Under the pieces are notes generated by a model, which saw only the letters and a program-made list of their open reading frames with translations, did no database searches and was not told the DNA's origin. A stretch of DNA of 64,000 bases from the human T2T-CHM13v2.0 reference genome, Homo sapiens, in NCBI RefSeq assembly GCF_009914755.1, contig NC_060925.1; one strand, 5' to 3'. This document shows, piece after piece, positions 20,073 to 35,349 of the stretch. The number at the start of each line of letters is the position of its first letter. Position 1 is the stretch's first letter. Both the position numbers and the translations under genes were made by a program.

Positions 20073-21007
20073 CTATTTTTTATTTATATATGTTACAGGT
20101 ATATTTATTATACTCTCCAAAGTCACCCCAAGAGACATAAGGAAATAATGAAGTGTATCATGGCAAACAATAGAACAGAATAAATAACCAAAGAAATTGA
20201 AGCAGAGTGAAAACTTAAGGTCTTACAATTCATAAACCATTTAGATATTAAGTCCACAAATTCTTGAAAGCTATATTGTAAATAGTAGGCTAAATTTATG
20301 ATTAATAAAAACTATTTAACATGATTATATTTTCTATGCTAAAGTTTTATATTAAAATCATCTTAGTGCCTCCTTCATCCTGAATAGGTAAGGCTGAGAA
20401 CACCATAACATGAGTATCTCCAAAAGAAGGCATTTTCTGATCAGGATAACACTTTTCATAGATTCCCTGATTATGATAGTAGTAAAAATACTAGATGATT
20501 GTTTACTATTTTTTGTTTAATGAAATCAAAAGTTAACATACTTTCTTATTCTAAGATGCCATTGACTGTCATATGCACTATAAATAACAACTTTAGGCAC
20601 AATAAATAAGCAAACATTAAACATTCACATTGAATTTAAGACTCATTCCAACTATGGAAGAATAAACTATGGGCAAAGTACATTTTATCATTGAGGATAC
20701 CGTACTTTTAAAATAGCTGATCTGAATTCAGTGAGTTCACTAGTAATTTTGAGACAGTAAATATCAAAGTATTGGATCTTTTTTGCTCCCATTTGCTTGA
20801 CTTTAAAATGAGATTATTCTCTGCCTTTCTGAAAGTAGAGAAAGAGAAGGGCTAAAGGAGGACAGGGCAGAAGAGATAATATTTGAAGAACAATTCTAGC
20901 TCTAAGGCTTTTAGGTTACAGTTCCATGTTTCTCAATAACAATAAAATTATTGAAAGGGAACAGATGCTCATTTGATTAATTCATACAAACACTTGTTTT
21001 AACTTAC

Positions 21008-21308
21008 ATTCTTTTCTGAATCTATTTGCAGTTCTCAGAGAATTTCTGTCTTTGTAACCCATGATTTTGAAAGAAACTTTAAAAGTTGATGATTTTAGGA
21101 GCTGATGAGTCATTCTTTCTTCATAAAATCTTTGACGACAAGCTCCAATAGCTAAAGTAGACACAGCTTCCAATGAGCAGGACAGCAGCTCCACTTCTAA
21201 TAAGTTAATCCAATGGTTTTTGTCATGAGCAAAACAAGAAATCATGTTTTTAATAATACTAAAAGGTCGCTGCATCTTGTTAACATCTGGAGTTCAATCA
21301 CTTCTGTG
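21008..21308 (-). other. Candidate exon of a minus-strand transcript
   Basis: Acceptor cattccccagtttttag|CAC at 21308, consensus donor AAT|gtaagt at 21008; ORF from ATG 21275 open through the donor. Confidence 0.3.
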
Positions 21309-22383
21309 CTAAAAACTGGGGAATGCTTCAGCAGGGCATAAATCTTGCCCCTTATTGTACATACGATCCAGATGCCGGAGGAGAATTAATGTTTGTTTGT
21401 AACACATCTGGTGTCGGCAGCTTTGAGTAAGCTCTAATAGAAAGAGTGTGGAACTAACGCAGCATTACACCTTCACTCAGGCCAGGGGTTCTAGACTGAA
21501 GGTAAAAGCCTTCAGGTGTCCCTTGGGGTTTAGCAATAAACTGCACTAATCAGCTCTGGCATTGTGTTAAGTGCAGGGTGTTTTGAATTTTCCACATCAG
21601 TTTCGCAGCCCTGTAATTCTACATTCCAAGTGTCTGCTTTTGACAACTTTGTAGACTTGCCACCATCTTAAGCTCCAAATGAAAGAAAGGCCCAGATTCA
21701 CTGTCAGAGTTCAGACTATCTCATAAAATGGGGGAGGACAGATGATCACTACCAGAGCAGTAGTGAGCAAATAATAACAAGACTAGCCTTATCTGTAGAT
21801 ATAAAAAGTGACTTGGTATCCTATCCATGAAAAGCAATAGAATGAAGTAGAAAGAGTGCAGAATTTCAGCTGGGACATCTAAACTCAAGCCCTATCTCTG
21901 GTACGAGTGCAGAAGTCCAAAATTAACTGGGTCATATTTTCTCACAAGGGATGTACAAGAAGAAAACCAGAAGATGACTTTTTTGTAACAAGAGGATCAG
22001 GTCCAAATTTCCTGGAATAGTATTTTAATTCACTTTGTAATATAACCTTCCTTCCCAACCTTTGTTATCATCAGCATATTCTGGGTTTTAAACTATAACA
22101 AATATCTTGCACCTTAAAAACCTGCCACATAATTTGATGTTTTACAGTCTTTGTCCTTGTTATTCCTATTGGTTATAATGTTTTCTTCAATCCATTTGCC
22201 TACTTATTAATTTCTGGGCACTTTGCACTAAGATTCCTTCTTTATAAAGCACTTGTGCATGTCTCTAGCATAGTACTTTTTATGGAGTATTATATATTGC
22301 CCATTGTTTTCTGTGTCTTTCTCCTTGGCTAAACGGTGACCCTACTTCATGATATCTGTGAAAGAAAAGGTGGTAACCATTAG

Positions 22384-22704
<321 letters not shown>

Positions 22705-23689
22705 TAATAATAAAGTCTTAAGGATACATTTCATGTTGTTGCAGATAGCCTCCAATTAAATCACACTTCTATGAGAAAATTATTTGTGATGGCCAAATGA
22801 TATGGCAGCAAATGCTACTGGGTAATTGGGGGATTTTATAGTAGGATTTAAAAGAGTACCTACCTAACTGTAAATGTGTTTTTATGATGGTGTTGTGCTC
22901 TGTCGGGGGTCAGGCTCTGAAATCAGAGAGGTAAGATACTCACATCAGCAGAGGCATATAGGAACCAAGATCATCTGAACCAAGGACAGATTCATGTGTC
23001 CTAATTCACACTGTCTGGTTCATGTGTTCATTGAGGAAAATGGTGGGTAAAATCTTCCACCCTGTTCAAAGTGTTCTTCATTTTAAGTTGGTACAGCATG
23101 TATGGTTGACTGAGTTAAATATGCATATGACATGGTTCCACTAATCACATGTTTTAAATTTGGCTTTTGTAACTGTAACTAGAAACCCAGAAGAGGCTAT
23201 TTTCCAATTTAGACTTGAAAACTGCCACAGCACCAAATGAATCATATAGAATAAAATTATAAGACAGGAACATTGGAAGAAAAAATGCAGAGTACAAAAG
23301 TAAGATTGAAAAAGGTATTAATGTCTCAAAGAGACTGATTTCTAGTACTAATATGATTCTAATAACTTCACTTTGTTTTTGGAGAATGCTTGTATATTCC
23401 TCAGTACTTTCATATGTCTTTGATTTGTTTCTCTTCCCTGCCTACCTGTGGAATAATGGGCAAGACCATGCTTAGGGTGGAAGGAAAAGCGAAGAATGGA
23501 TACCTCAATCTGAAAATAGCCACATAAGTTATATTAGTTTTCCAGTAGAAAGTTTTCTAGCTTATAAAGACTTATTATGGAAAAGAGCTTAGATTGAAGA
23601 AGACATATTTAGTTCTAGTATGAAGAAAAAATAACTAATAGAAGATAAAACTAATGAAGTGCTGAAACACACACACACCCAAGGCTGAC

Positions 23690-24500
23690 ACAATTCACAA
23701 CCAACAGATCTTCACTGCAAGAAATATAAAAGAACATGTTCTAGACTGAAAGAAAATAATAAAAGTTGAAAGTGCAAGAAGCAATGAACATCTTTGTGAA
23801 AGGTAAATATGTAGATAAATATAAAGTATTGACTGTTTAAAGCAAGAACAATTGCAGTATTTTATGGGGATTATCACATGTAGAAGCATATGACAATAGC
23901 AAAAATGGCAAAGGTGGAGTAGAGGGTAATAGATGTATACTGTTCTAGATGTTTTACATTGTTGGAAAAGCCAAAAAGGTATTAAGATAGACCATAATAA
24001 GTTAGCATGTGTCTTATAATTTTTAGCGTATCCACTAAAGCAATTATATTAAAAAACATAACACAAGCCTACCAGAGGAGAAAAAATGAAATATAAAAAG
24101 TATTTTATTATTACAAAGCAAGTATAATAAAGGAACAAAAACAAGGGAAAAATAGAAAACAAATAGCAATATGGGAGACTAAACCCAACTACATCAGTAA
24201 TTGCATTTTACGTAAATGGATGAAACACTTCAGTTAACAAGACTTCCAGTTCACATTTTTAAAAAAATACAATTATGGCTGCTTATAAAAAGCACACCAT
24301 AAATATAAAAATATATAGTATTTTAAAGAATGTAAAAAAGACATGCTAAGTGAACATTAGCCAAAAGAGAGCTGGTGTGACTAAAGTGATATCAAAGTAG
24401 AGTTTAAGATGAGAAAAATATAGAGCAATAAAGAGTGATATTTCATAATATTAAAAGAACCATATATTCACAAGAACACAAAGTCCTGAATAATCTGTAC
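23690..24500 (+). mobile_element. Ancient L1M fragment (ORF1 end, spacer, ORF2 start)
   Basis: Collinear with 13200-14100 and 62320-62960 (e.g. aaacccaactacatcagtaattgcattttacgtaaatgga). Confidence 0.6.
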
Positions 24501-24577
24501 ACCCTCCTTGTTTGGAGATTAAAGCTGACTTCATAAGACTAGGTTAGAATTATTGTAGGCACTTAAACTTTGCTTAA

Positions 24578-24743
24578 GTCCCTATCTCTACAAAAATAAA
24601 GGTTAAAAACACAATTAGCCAGGCATGATGGCACACATCTGTAGTCTCAGCTACTTAGGAGGCTGAGGCAGAAGGATCACTTGAGCCTGGGAGTTTGAGG
24701 CTACAGTGAGCTGACTGTGCCACTACACTCCAGCAAGACACTG
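24578..24743 (+). mobile_element. AluJ/FRAM right-arm fragment followed by (TA)n
   Basis: ggaggctgaggcagaaggatcacttgagcctgggagtttgaggctacagtgagc. Confidence 0.8.
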
Positions 24744-24893
24744 TATATATGTATATATCATTATTTTATATATATATATCATTATTATATATATATATGT
24801 TGTTAAACAATAACCTGCCATTCCTTAGTTTACTTTTCTATAAGTTGCTTATGACCCCAGAGTCACATAACTGGAAGTCAAAAAATTTATAAT

Positions 24894-25168
24894 GGCCGGG
24901 TGCGGTGACTTATGCCTGTAATCCCAGCACTTTGGGAGGCTGAAGTGGGTGGATCATGAGGTCAAGAGATTGAGACCATCCTGGCCAACATGGTGAAACC
25001 CCGTCTCTACCAAAAATACAAAAATTAGCTGGGCATGGTGGCATGCGCCTATAGTCCTAGCTACTCAGGAGGCTGGGAGGCGGAGGTTGCAGTGTGCTGA
25101 GATCGTGCCACTGCACTCCAGCCTGGCGACAGAGTGAGACTTCATCTCAAAAAAAAAAAAAAAAAAAA
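24894..25168 (+). mobile_element. AluSc with ~24-bp right-arm deletion
   Basis: gtcaagagattgagaccatcc and cctggcgacag diagnostics; ggaggctg|ggaggcggagg junction. Confidence 0.9.
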
Positions 25169-25579
25169 GAAACGATAACTTCTCCAACTACTCTATAAAT
25201 AACGTCATTATTGTGAAAACTAAAAAACTGGTCTTTGAGACATTTTTCAGATTTAGCATTTTGACAGACCAAGAGACAAAACTTGGTCCTGAGGCCCCTT
25301 TTTGGAAGTGACTCAGCCACACAAAGACAGTTTAGACACCGCTGTGATTTCATCCCTAGCCAGTCATTGTTTCAATTCCCCCAGCCCCCTGCTTGCTAAA
25401 ATATCCTTAAAAACCCTAGCCTCTGAAGTTTTAGGGAGATGGATTTAAGAAATACCTCTCCTCCTCTGACTTGGCTGGCCCTGTGATTATTAAACTCTTT
25501 CCTTGCTGCAATACTGCTGTTCTCAGTGAATTGGCTTTTCTGGGCAGCAGGCAAGAACCCATCAGGTTGCTACACAACC

Positions 25580-25948
25580 AGATGATTGAGGCTTATGTAC
25601 CATCTTAGGCTAACCAAAACAAAAGGTGTTTGGGGCTCTGTGCAGGGAAGGTGAGAGGAGGATATTATGGTAAATAAGGTTTGTCTTGTTATGCAGATAA
25701 GATCTCTCTGGTGATAACAGTTGTCTCCAGGATTAGCTTTCTTCCTGGTAGGGAGACATCTTTACAAATGGAAACTTCTTTTATAAATGTAAACATCCTT
25801 CACAAAAGGGGAGATTTATATTCTATTGTTAGGCATTTAGGGGAAGGTAAGAGCTCTTCCTATACCTGCAGGTTCTCAACTGTCTTTAGCTCAGAATATT
25901 CTATGTAACAGAGTCATATTTTGAGGTGGCATATTCTGGTATCTTTCA
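25580..25948 (-). mobile_element. MER34-family LTR (partial)
   Basis: Minus-strand start tgaaagataccagaatatgccacctcaaaatatg. Confidence 0.7.
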
Positions 25949-26650
25949 ACAACATCTTTAAATAGGTTCTCACCCAACTCACCTAATAAAATAGCTTTGT
26001 AGGGATTCTAGCCAAGGTGGCCAACTAGATGCTGCCAGGAAGAGCGTCTACCATGGAATGACAAGACCATCAAGAAGACTGGCACACTCCAAGCAGATCT
26101 TTGGAGGGAAGGCATTTGGAGTGGACAGAGGGAGGACGCAGACCCTGGGTTGAAGTGGGAGGAAGCTGGGAACCCTGCATTGGGCTGCTGAGCACCATGA
26201 CTCCTTTCTGGCCCCCAGCAGCTTCTGGGGCAGAAGTGAGTTGAACAGATGAGGAGTGACCCACTCTTGCCACAGACCTCTGGAATCCTAGCTGCAGAGA
26301 CCCTGAGACCCCCATGGACATTTGAGCTGACAGGGAGAGCTGTTTGGAGAGATGGCAGGGACAGAACTCCAGCCTACAGGGAGCCCAGAGGGTTTGGTGT
26401 GGGAATAGCTGCAGTGGGACATGGCCAGGGAGGCCTATCCCCTAAGGCTCATCATACTCCTCTAGGTGGCTTTGGTCTTTGTTGACTGTCAGACTTCGAC
26501 AGAAAAAGGCTTTCTTGCCTGTGGGATGGAGCCAGTCTGATCTGAGCACCCTCCTGTCTGTCACCCTCTCGCAGAGTCCCTGCCTGGCCATGCCTACTTT
26601 CAGCACAGTCTCAGATGCCCAACTAGGGTGCTTCCTGGTGGCTGCCACTA

Positions 26651-27552
<902 letters not shown>

Positions 27553-28985
27553 AAAAAGAAGACATACACATGTCCAACAAGTATATGAAAAAATGTTCAA
27601 CATCACTAATCAGTAGAGAAATAAATATCAAAAACAAATGAGATGCCATCTCATACCAGTCAGAATTATGGCTATTATTAAAAAAACAACAAATAATAGG
27701 TGCAGGCGAGGTTGCAGAGAAAAGGGAAAATTTATACACTGTTGGTGGGATTGTAAATTAGCTCAGCCACTGTGGAAAGCAGTCTGGAGATTTCTCAAAG
27801 AACTAAAAACAGAACAACCATTTGACCCAGCCATCCCATTACTGGGTATATGCCCAAAGGAATATAAATCATTCTACCATAAAGACACATGCACATATAC
27901 GTTCAACACTGCACTATTCACAATAGCAAAGACATGTAATCAACCTAGATGCCCATCAACAGAGAACTGGATAAAGAAAATGTGGTACCTATACACTATC
28001 AAATACTATACAACCATAAAAAAAGAAAGAGATCATGTCCTTTGCAGCAACATGGATGGAGCTAGAGGCCATTATCATAAGCAAATTAATGCAGGAACAG
28101 AAAACCAAATACTGCATGTTATCACTTGTAAGTGGGAGGTGAACACTGAGTAGACATGGGCGTAAAGAAAGGAACAATAGACACTGGAACCTACCTGAGT
28201 GTGGAGGGTGGGAGGTGGGTGAGGATCCAAAAACTACTTACCAGGTACTATGCTTATTATCTGAGTGACTAAATAACCTGTATACCAAACCTCCACAACA
28301 CTCAATTTACCCGTATAACAAACCAGTACGTGTACCCCCGAACCTAAGATAAAAGTTGAAAAAAAATGCTTTCTAATTGTTATTTGTCATCAATAATAAT
28401 GTATCCTTTGTATTAATTCAAAATATTAAAAGCAGCTCACCCTTTACCCCTACCAATATTTATTTTTTAATGGAATTTTGTGTTAATATTCCCAGGTACC
28501 TAAAGCTACTCTTAACCCACTATTTGCATCCTCCACCTTTCCTAAAAAGTCTTCTTCCAGGATTTCCTAAATGTAAACATAAACAGCTTACATAAACATA
28601 AGCATATTTTTATGCAGCATCCAGTCATTCTTGCATTTAATCAGCAAAGAGAAAGTAATGGTAAAAGCCCAATATTCCCATTTTGCTACAGGTTACGTTT
28701 TAGAAAATAAAGTTAAAAACCAGCAACACCAACACAGACTATTCTCATTTCAGTTTTCTTTACAGTTTTTTCCTACTGCTGTTTATTTGACAGAAACTCA
28801 ATAGCTTACTGCAGGGTGACTGCATGAGAAGAAATTTTTAAAACATTAATAAAAATAATAGCCTAAAGTATTTGGCCCTTAATGCAACAGTAGCTTTCTT
28901 TTTATTAAACAAGTGTAAGACAGGGAGGGAGGACTTGAGACTTGATTTAAGCCTCTGAACATTAGGCCATTTAAACTCAAAGAGT

Positions 28986-29654
28986 TGTAGGGAAGAAAAA
29001 TAACTTTTTTCTTCACCCCTCTAAGGTTCTTAGTTGAAACAGACCCCTTAACAAAAGACAGATGTACAAGAGAAAAATAAACTGAAGTTTATTAACATGT
29101 ATACCTCATGTATAAATGGGAGCCACTCAGTGAATGAATAATTTTCCTAAGAAGTAGCTTTAAGTTCAGGCATCATCTTCAACTGAAACAAAGAAATAAG
29201 GGTATGGGGGAAGGCCTATTATGGGCAGATGCACAGAAAAAAAACTTGGTAAAACAAGGGTAAGGTTACTGTGCAGATTTAAGTTAGTGCCTTCTCCACT
29301 GATGAAGGTTTCTAGTGATTTCATCTTTCTCTTCCTGGTACAGAGAGGAGATGCTTTTACCAACGGGCATTTCCTTTATACATGTCAATTTCCCTAACAA
29401 AAGCTTACAGGTAAACTTCTGCTCTGTTTACAGAGCTCCTCCTGTGTGTAAGATTTCTTTAAAAAGCGAGGTGTGGTGGTTTACCCCTATAGTCCCTGCT
29501 ACCTGGGAGGCTGAGGTGGAAGGATCCCTTGAGCCCAGGAGTTCAAAGCCACAGTGAACTGCCATGCCACTGCAGTTTAGCCTGGGGAACAGAGTGAGAT
29601 ACCATCTAATTCTTAAGAAACATTTTTTTAGGTGGCATATTCTGGTCTCCTGCA
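28986..29654 (-). mobile_element. MER34-family LTR containing a FRAM/FAM Alu monomer (~29467-29610, +)
   Basis: Minus-strand start tgcaggagaccagaatatgccacc; similar to 25580-25948; monomer ggaggctgaggtggaaggatcccttgagcccaggagttc. Confidence 0.7.
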
Positions 29655-29999
29655 GTAGCTATCACAATATTGCCCTCCAGTGAGGTTTAACAACGTACCC
29701 ACCTACTAATTATGTATAAGAATGCCTGTCACTTACCCTCATCGGCACAGTATGCTATTAAACTTTATGATCTTTGCCAATCTAGTGGGTGACCAGGGGT
29801 ATTTTAGTATTACCCCTTTTCATGAGTATCAAATGTAATTTTTGTGTTTGTCTTGTATGGGTCTGTTTAAGTATCTTTCTACCTGTTTAAACTAGATTTG
29901 TTTCCTTCCTTTATTACAAACTATTCATTTCAACTCTACTAAGACACCTGTTTTATATGTAATTCCTGGGCATGAAGCTGTGTTCTTATTAGATCAAAT

Positions 30000-31430
30000 C
30001 TGAAAACAACAAAAATTTAGGAAGACACTTAACCAGAAATAAATAAGAAGTGAAGAAAATTTTTAAATGCTCCTAAGAGTCACAAAATATGCACATATAT
30101 TCACATATACACATAGCATAAACACACATGAACACATACACATTTAAACAACTGGGAAGGAATACCATGTATTTGCAAAGAAATACCCCCAAAATATGAA
30201 AGTGTCAATTTCACTTAATTTATAAATTTGATATATTTGTTTGAGAGGGTTGATAAGACTAAGCTAATCTCTAAAGATCATCAGAAAAATAAGCAAGTAA
30301 AAATTGCCAGAAAATTTCTGAAAAACTAAATCAAGAAAAGGAAGCTATTCTATCACATTTTAATACATATTATAAATATATTAAAAATTTAACAGATTTT
30401 TTTTTAAAAAGATGCTTGTACATGAATAGACAGATAAGCTTATGAGAGAGAAAAGAAATTCCAGAAATAGATTCAAATACATATAATTACATAGTAAAAG
30501 ATACAGGAACATTTCAAAATAGCATTGAAAATATGGATTATATACTAACATTATGGGAAATCTGGGTAACTACCTGAAAAAAAAATAAATTTAGATTTAT
30601 ATTGTTTACCAGAATAAATCTAAAATTGATCAAATATTTAAGTATAAGAAATACAATCATAAAAGTAGTAGAAAAAAAGCCATGAAAAATATTTTATTCT
30701 TTCAAGTGAGAAAATTTAAGTAGAAACAAAATCCAGAGGTCACTGAAAAATTGATAAACTTGGTACAAAAAATTTAAAGAAAACATTCTACATGGCAACA
30801 CTCACAATAAAATTGAAATCAAGAAAAAATGGTGAGAAAATATTTGCACAAGAAATAAAGATATAATTTCTCTAATACATAAAGAACTCCTATTTATCAA
30901 TAAGAAAAAACCCAACCATTCAGTAAATTAATGAGCAGAGAATGTGAGCAAACTGATCATAGGAAAGAAAATATAAACAGCTCTTAAATATATTAAAATA
31001 AATTCAGATTTGAAGGAAACACTTTTATACATAGATTGTGAACATTTAAACAAATAAAATCTGTTTGCAGGGCATTCTGACCATGCCTATCAAAATTATA
31101 AGTGCACATACCCTTTAACCAGCAATTCCACGTTTAGAATATACTCTACAGATTTACTCATGCATATAAAAAATGAAATGTATACAAGATTATTTATTGC
31201 AACTTTGTTTATAAAAGCAAAATATAGTAGTCTTCTAAATATCCATCAACAGAATACTGCTTATAGAAATTATAATGTATACATATAATGGTATATTATG
31301 AATAGTAAATAAGAAATAAAAAAGATTTTCATATATAGATATGAGATGATCACCAAAATGTTTTTAAAAGAGAAAATGATGTAGAACATTGTGTACAATA
31401 TACAAACATTTGAGTAAAAATTAACTGATA
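30000..31430 (+). mobile_element. Ancient L1ME-like ORF2 3' remnant
   Basis: A-rich degenerate L1 (gtgcacataccctttaaccagcaattccac; ttccagaaatagattcaaatacata). Confidence 0.6.
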
Positions 31431-33120
31431 GAAAGATAGATAGAATACATATTTTAACTCCAGCCACTACATTTCAATATCAACAGACACCATGGTGTAT
31501 TCCCCATATACACCTTTTTGTTAGTGCTATTATACTTTTGATTACATTATTCCCTACATAGATAGACTTTCATCTTGATTTTTGCTTGCTAAAATTCAAC
31601 TCATCTTTGGATCCTGTAAATTAACCTTTCTCTTCTGTTCTTTTAATACAACTATCTGAATCTAGGTTCTTTTTCTAATAAAAACTAGTAAAATCCATTA
31701 ATTCCAATAACACTAAAGGAAGAGAAGGAAGGGAAAAGGAACAACTACTAAATACCTGTCTGCCAGACACTTTAATGTCCTATGACATTTAATTCTAGAC
31801 AACTTTTTAATTCAGGTATTATTCCAGTAACAAGTGTTGTTACCAGTTTGAGAAGATTAGAGAATGTTCACAATGTCACACATCTGATAATAGGAGGTAC
31901 AGAGGTTTAAACTCAAGTATCTAGGATTCTAAATCCTTTTCTGACTATACAGCCTTGTACTTGATGGAATTTCTGCTACATTTCTTTAGAATCCGAACCT
32001 TTGAGATCATCTAGTTTGACACTCTCGATTGACAAATGAGGGAAAGAAAGCAGGAGAGGTTAAGAGCTTTGCAAACTAGTTTGTTAGTGTCAATGGGGTT
32101 GGATAGGGGTCTATAAAAACATATGTATGTAATTAGGACTAGGATGTAAGGTCAACCCGGTACTTTACACTTTTATAATAGAATTTAAGATTAACAGGAT
32201 AATTGATAGTCTTTAAAATTAAAAAATTGGCACATACCACAGACAGGAGGAGTTTCAGGAATGGAGAGCATAAACATCTGACAATGAATGCCTATCTGTG
32301 AAAATTAACACCCATCCATAACATTTGTAAGAATTCTTTAGTGTCATTAACTCTTTGCCAAGCATCTTCCTGTGCTAAAGACAAAATGAGTTTTTGACAT
32401 TCTCATACAAAGTCCATGTGCCCTACAATAAAATCCTGAGGTCTCCAGCACTTACTTGCCTCCTCCCTCCAATATATCTGGCTCCCATCCCACAGCCTCT
32501 ACCACACTGGCTCAGGAAGTAGGCAATTTCCTGCCTTGGCTGAGCCGGATATTAAGACCTCTTTGTTCCCTTATCTCTGAGAAATAACACCCCTCTGAAA
32601 TACTCCAATAGCTGACTGATTCATGCTTAGACTTACCTAAAGGACTCTCTGCTGTTCTTTAATATTAGTGTTGGCTGAGGCAGAGCAATTCACCCACATT
32701 CTAATCGTAAAATGTCGTGGGGTGATATGGAGCACACTGGATAATTATAGTTCGTAGACTGTCTAATATTAGAATAAAGAAGATTTTTTAAAGAACTATT
32801 AAGCTAGGGGATCTTCCTCTCTGCTCCCACCTCCCCTCACTGACCCATCCACAAACAAACCCATTTATGTCCGTTTGCATTTATAAAAGCATCCTTTCTC
32901 ATACAAGACATCTTAAATAGATTCATTCATATTGGTACAGACTAAACTGAAATTTCTAGGCTGTATAACACAGGCAATTTGATTATTCTCCTTGGAGGCA
33001 ATACATACAGAAATAACAACTGCTGACAACTTCTTGGTACCTCCCAATGTATAGAGACACATGACATATCGATCTATACAAATAGCCTGTGTTCTCTATT
33101 TGACTGATGGTTAGTAATAC

Positions 33121-33293
33121 CATCTGCACATCCACAGCTTGTCCAGTTTCCAGGTTTCTTCCATTTAGTGGAATGTTCTTAATACAATATTCCTATTCAA
33201 CACTTCAAAGCCCTTTCAAAACATTTCACTTTTCATGTAATGCATGCCCTACATTCCAGCTTCTTCTGTTTGGAGTTCTGATACGAGGAAAAG
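33121..33293 (-). other. Candidate exon C (carries the stop of the putative spliced 70-aa ORF)
   Basis: Acceptor tgtattgtttttag|CTT at 33293; TGA at 33226-33228; possible donor ATG|gtatta at 33121. Confidence 0.3.
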
Positions 33294-34252
33294 CTAAAAA
33301 CAATACATCATGATGACCAAGCACAGAAAATGCAATTTAGAAGTAAAAATGAAGGGAACAAAATCTTCCCTCTTCCTTCACTGGCAAGGTTAAATGAACC
33401 AAAGTATTCTAGAACTAAGAAATTTTAAAGACCATTTAGTCTCACCAGCTCATTTTACAAGTGGGGGAACTAGGCTCTGGGTGATGAACAACATTTTAGG
33501 TTGTGGAATGGAGTAAGCTCCAGGTAAAAGAAACAACATCTGCGTAGACGCCGGGATGCTGATTGTGCCACCAGAGGAAGACTTTGACTAGATGGGCTAT
33601 CAGGAAGAATAGAACAAAAGATTAAATAAGTAGAGTTGAACACATTTACAAAGGATGTTGGAATTTCCATTTGCAATTTGTGGGTCAATGTTCTACTTTC
33701 ATGAAAATGTAGACATTGAATCATATAGGTTAGATTTGGAAAAGAACTCAGGATCTCAGCTCTTATTTCTTTCCTTCATAATACTTTATTTAGTTGTAAT
33801 TTTGTATTAATTTAACTTTAAAATCTTTGTCATTCACTAGTTTGTAATCTTCATAGCATCTGGCACAGTTGACAGGCATACAGTAAGTACTCCAAAACTA
33901 TCTGTTGAATGAATGAGATCATCTGAGTTAGCTTTCTACATAGAGATGGCATCCTTTCTTATAGTTTCCTGAACAGTTGACTCTCTGTGGTCTCTCTGAA
34001 AATACTCAGTGATGAAGTCTGGCTATCACCAAGGCCCCTGTCAGGCCATCCTTACTGAGAAGGCGGTAACTTCTTTTGGAAGAGGGAGAACAGACTTTAA
34101 GTTACCCGGACAGTCTAGGTCCAAGAACATCAGAATATTGAATGTTTCTATGTTTCTGGTAGGCAATAGTGTTTAATTAAGATACAAGGAAATGAAATAT
34201 GTGAGGACCTTTTTGTACTTATTCAAAAAGTTCTATAGAATTAGGCATTACT

Positions 34253-34543
<291 letters not shown>

Positions 34544-35349
34544 AGGCATTACTAGACACATTTCACATATGAGGTAACTGAGGCTAAGCTTTAAGTACTT
34601 TATTCAAGGCAACACAACACACCGCAGTGAAATTAATTTGAAATTGGGTTTGGCTTTGAGGATCAGGTTCTTCCTAACTGGCTACACTGCCTCTATTAAA
34701 AAATATAAACAGAATTGCTACCCTCAATGACACACAATCTAGCTGGAGAGATAGATTTGGAAACATCCTTTATAGTATTTATCACCGGTATGTAAAACTC
34801 ACTAAGCACAGAGATGCAAGCTGTTAGTTCTTCCTGGAGTTTGGAAATGTCATGAAAGGTTTTACCAAAGAGGTGCCTCCTGACATGAGTTGTGAAGGTG
34901 ATTGTCAGGTGGAATCAACCAGACTCAACCAAAAGAGTTTCTCAGAGGAAGGAGTCCAAGAACTCAATGCTGCCAGATTTCCTCATTGGGGCATAATATG
35001 TTCCAATTAGGCTGGGGACACACCTAAGTTGATATGCAATAATTTCAGTGGTATTTTTATCAGATTTTGCTTGCTTGCTATGTGAGTACCCCTTCAACTA
35101 CACCCCCTCACCCTACATGCACACACACACACACATATAGAAAGAGAGAGAGAGCAACTATCACCACCATATACGTCCCATTGCCATGACTAAATAAATT
35201 GCCTCAATGCCTTTTCTACTACACTTGCTGTCTCTGACCATTAATAGATAAGGTACTCAGTTTATGTAAATATAAGAGTGTAGCTAAAGGAATTTTAAAT
35301 TCCAGACATGGTCAATTTAGCTACCTTAAATGCTGCAGTGACTAGCCTG

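Larger units (their letters stand above)
24510..25574 (+). mobile_element. ERV1 MER4-group LTR (LTR8/LTR54-like) interrupted by Alus
   Basis: 3' end attaaactctttccttgctgcaat...tgggcagcaggcaagaacccatcaggttgctaca. Confidence 0.6.
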
